NCBI RefSeq assembly: GCF_009914755.1 | Contig: NC_060943.1 | Length of the DNA stretch: 64,000 nt | Source: the human T2T-CHM13v2.0 reference genome, Homo sapiens | Reading direction: 5' to 3' (one strand) | In this document: positions 63,772 to 64,000 of the stretch, one piece after another | How the letters are laid out: each line of letters starts with the position of its first letter | Position numbering within the stretch: the first letter of the stretch is position 1 | Made by a program: the position numbers and the translations under genes | Notes under the pieces: generated by a model | The model's input: the letters and a program-made list of their open reading frames with translations, nothing else | Told to the model about the DNA's origin: nothing | Database searches by the model: none

Positions 63772-63910
63772 TTTAAATTTTTTCTTATTTTTTAAAAATA
63801 ATTGAGATGGGGTCTTCCTGTGTTGCCCAGGCTGGTCTTGAACTCCTGGGCTCAAGTAATCCACCCGCCTTGGCCTCCCAAAGTGCTGGGATTACAGACG
63901 TGAACCACAG
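63772..63910 (-). mobile_element. Alu left monomer (FLAM-like)
   Basis: Single left arm. Confidence 0.88.
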
Positions 63911-64000
63911 CAACTGCTCATACTGAAGTAATTCTACTTCTACAAATCTATCCCAGGGAAACAGGGTGTAGACAGAGATGTATGCATGGAGATGTTGATC

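Overview
Primate (human-like) non-coding genomic DNA. About 50 Alu copies or fragments, MaLR and ERV1 solo LTRs, L1/L2/MIR relics and a MER44/Tigger DNA transposon make up most of the window. No credible protein-coding gene is present: the listed ORFs come from Alus, tandem repeats or stop-poor GC-rich sequence. The non-routine features are an orphan CpG island (~32.4-34.2 kb), an Alu-interrupted 7SL processed pseudogene (53.8-54.4 kb, minus strand), a 10-copy 52-54 bp minisatellite (21.5-22.0 kb), an 8-bp GTGTGCAG repeat (55.35-55.65 kb), several nested transposon insertions with intact target-site duplications (TSDs), one Alu with a self-templated inverted duplication, and several repeat-free blocks rich in developmental transcription-factor motifs (candidate enhancers). 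I found no convincing new biological system. Repeat subfamily names are from visual recall of consensus sequences and need RepeatMasker/Dfam confirmation. Boundaries are approximate, and the genomic locus cannot be assigned from the sequence alone.
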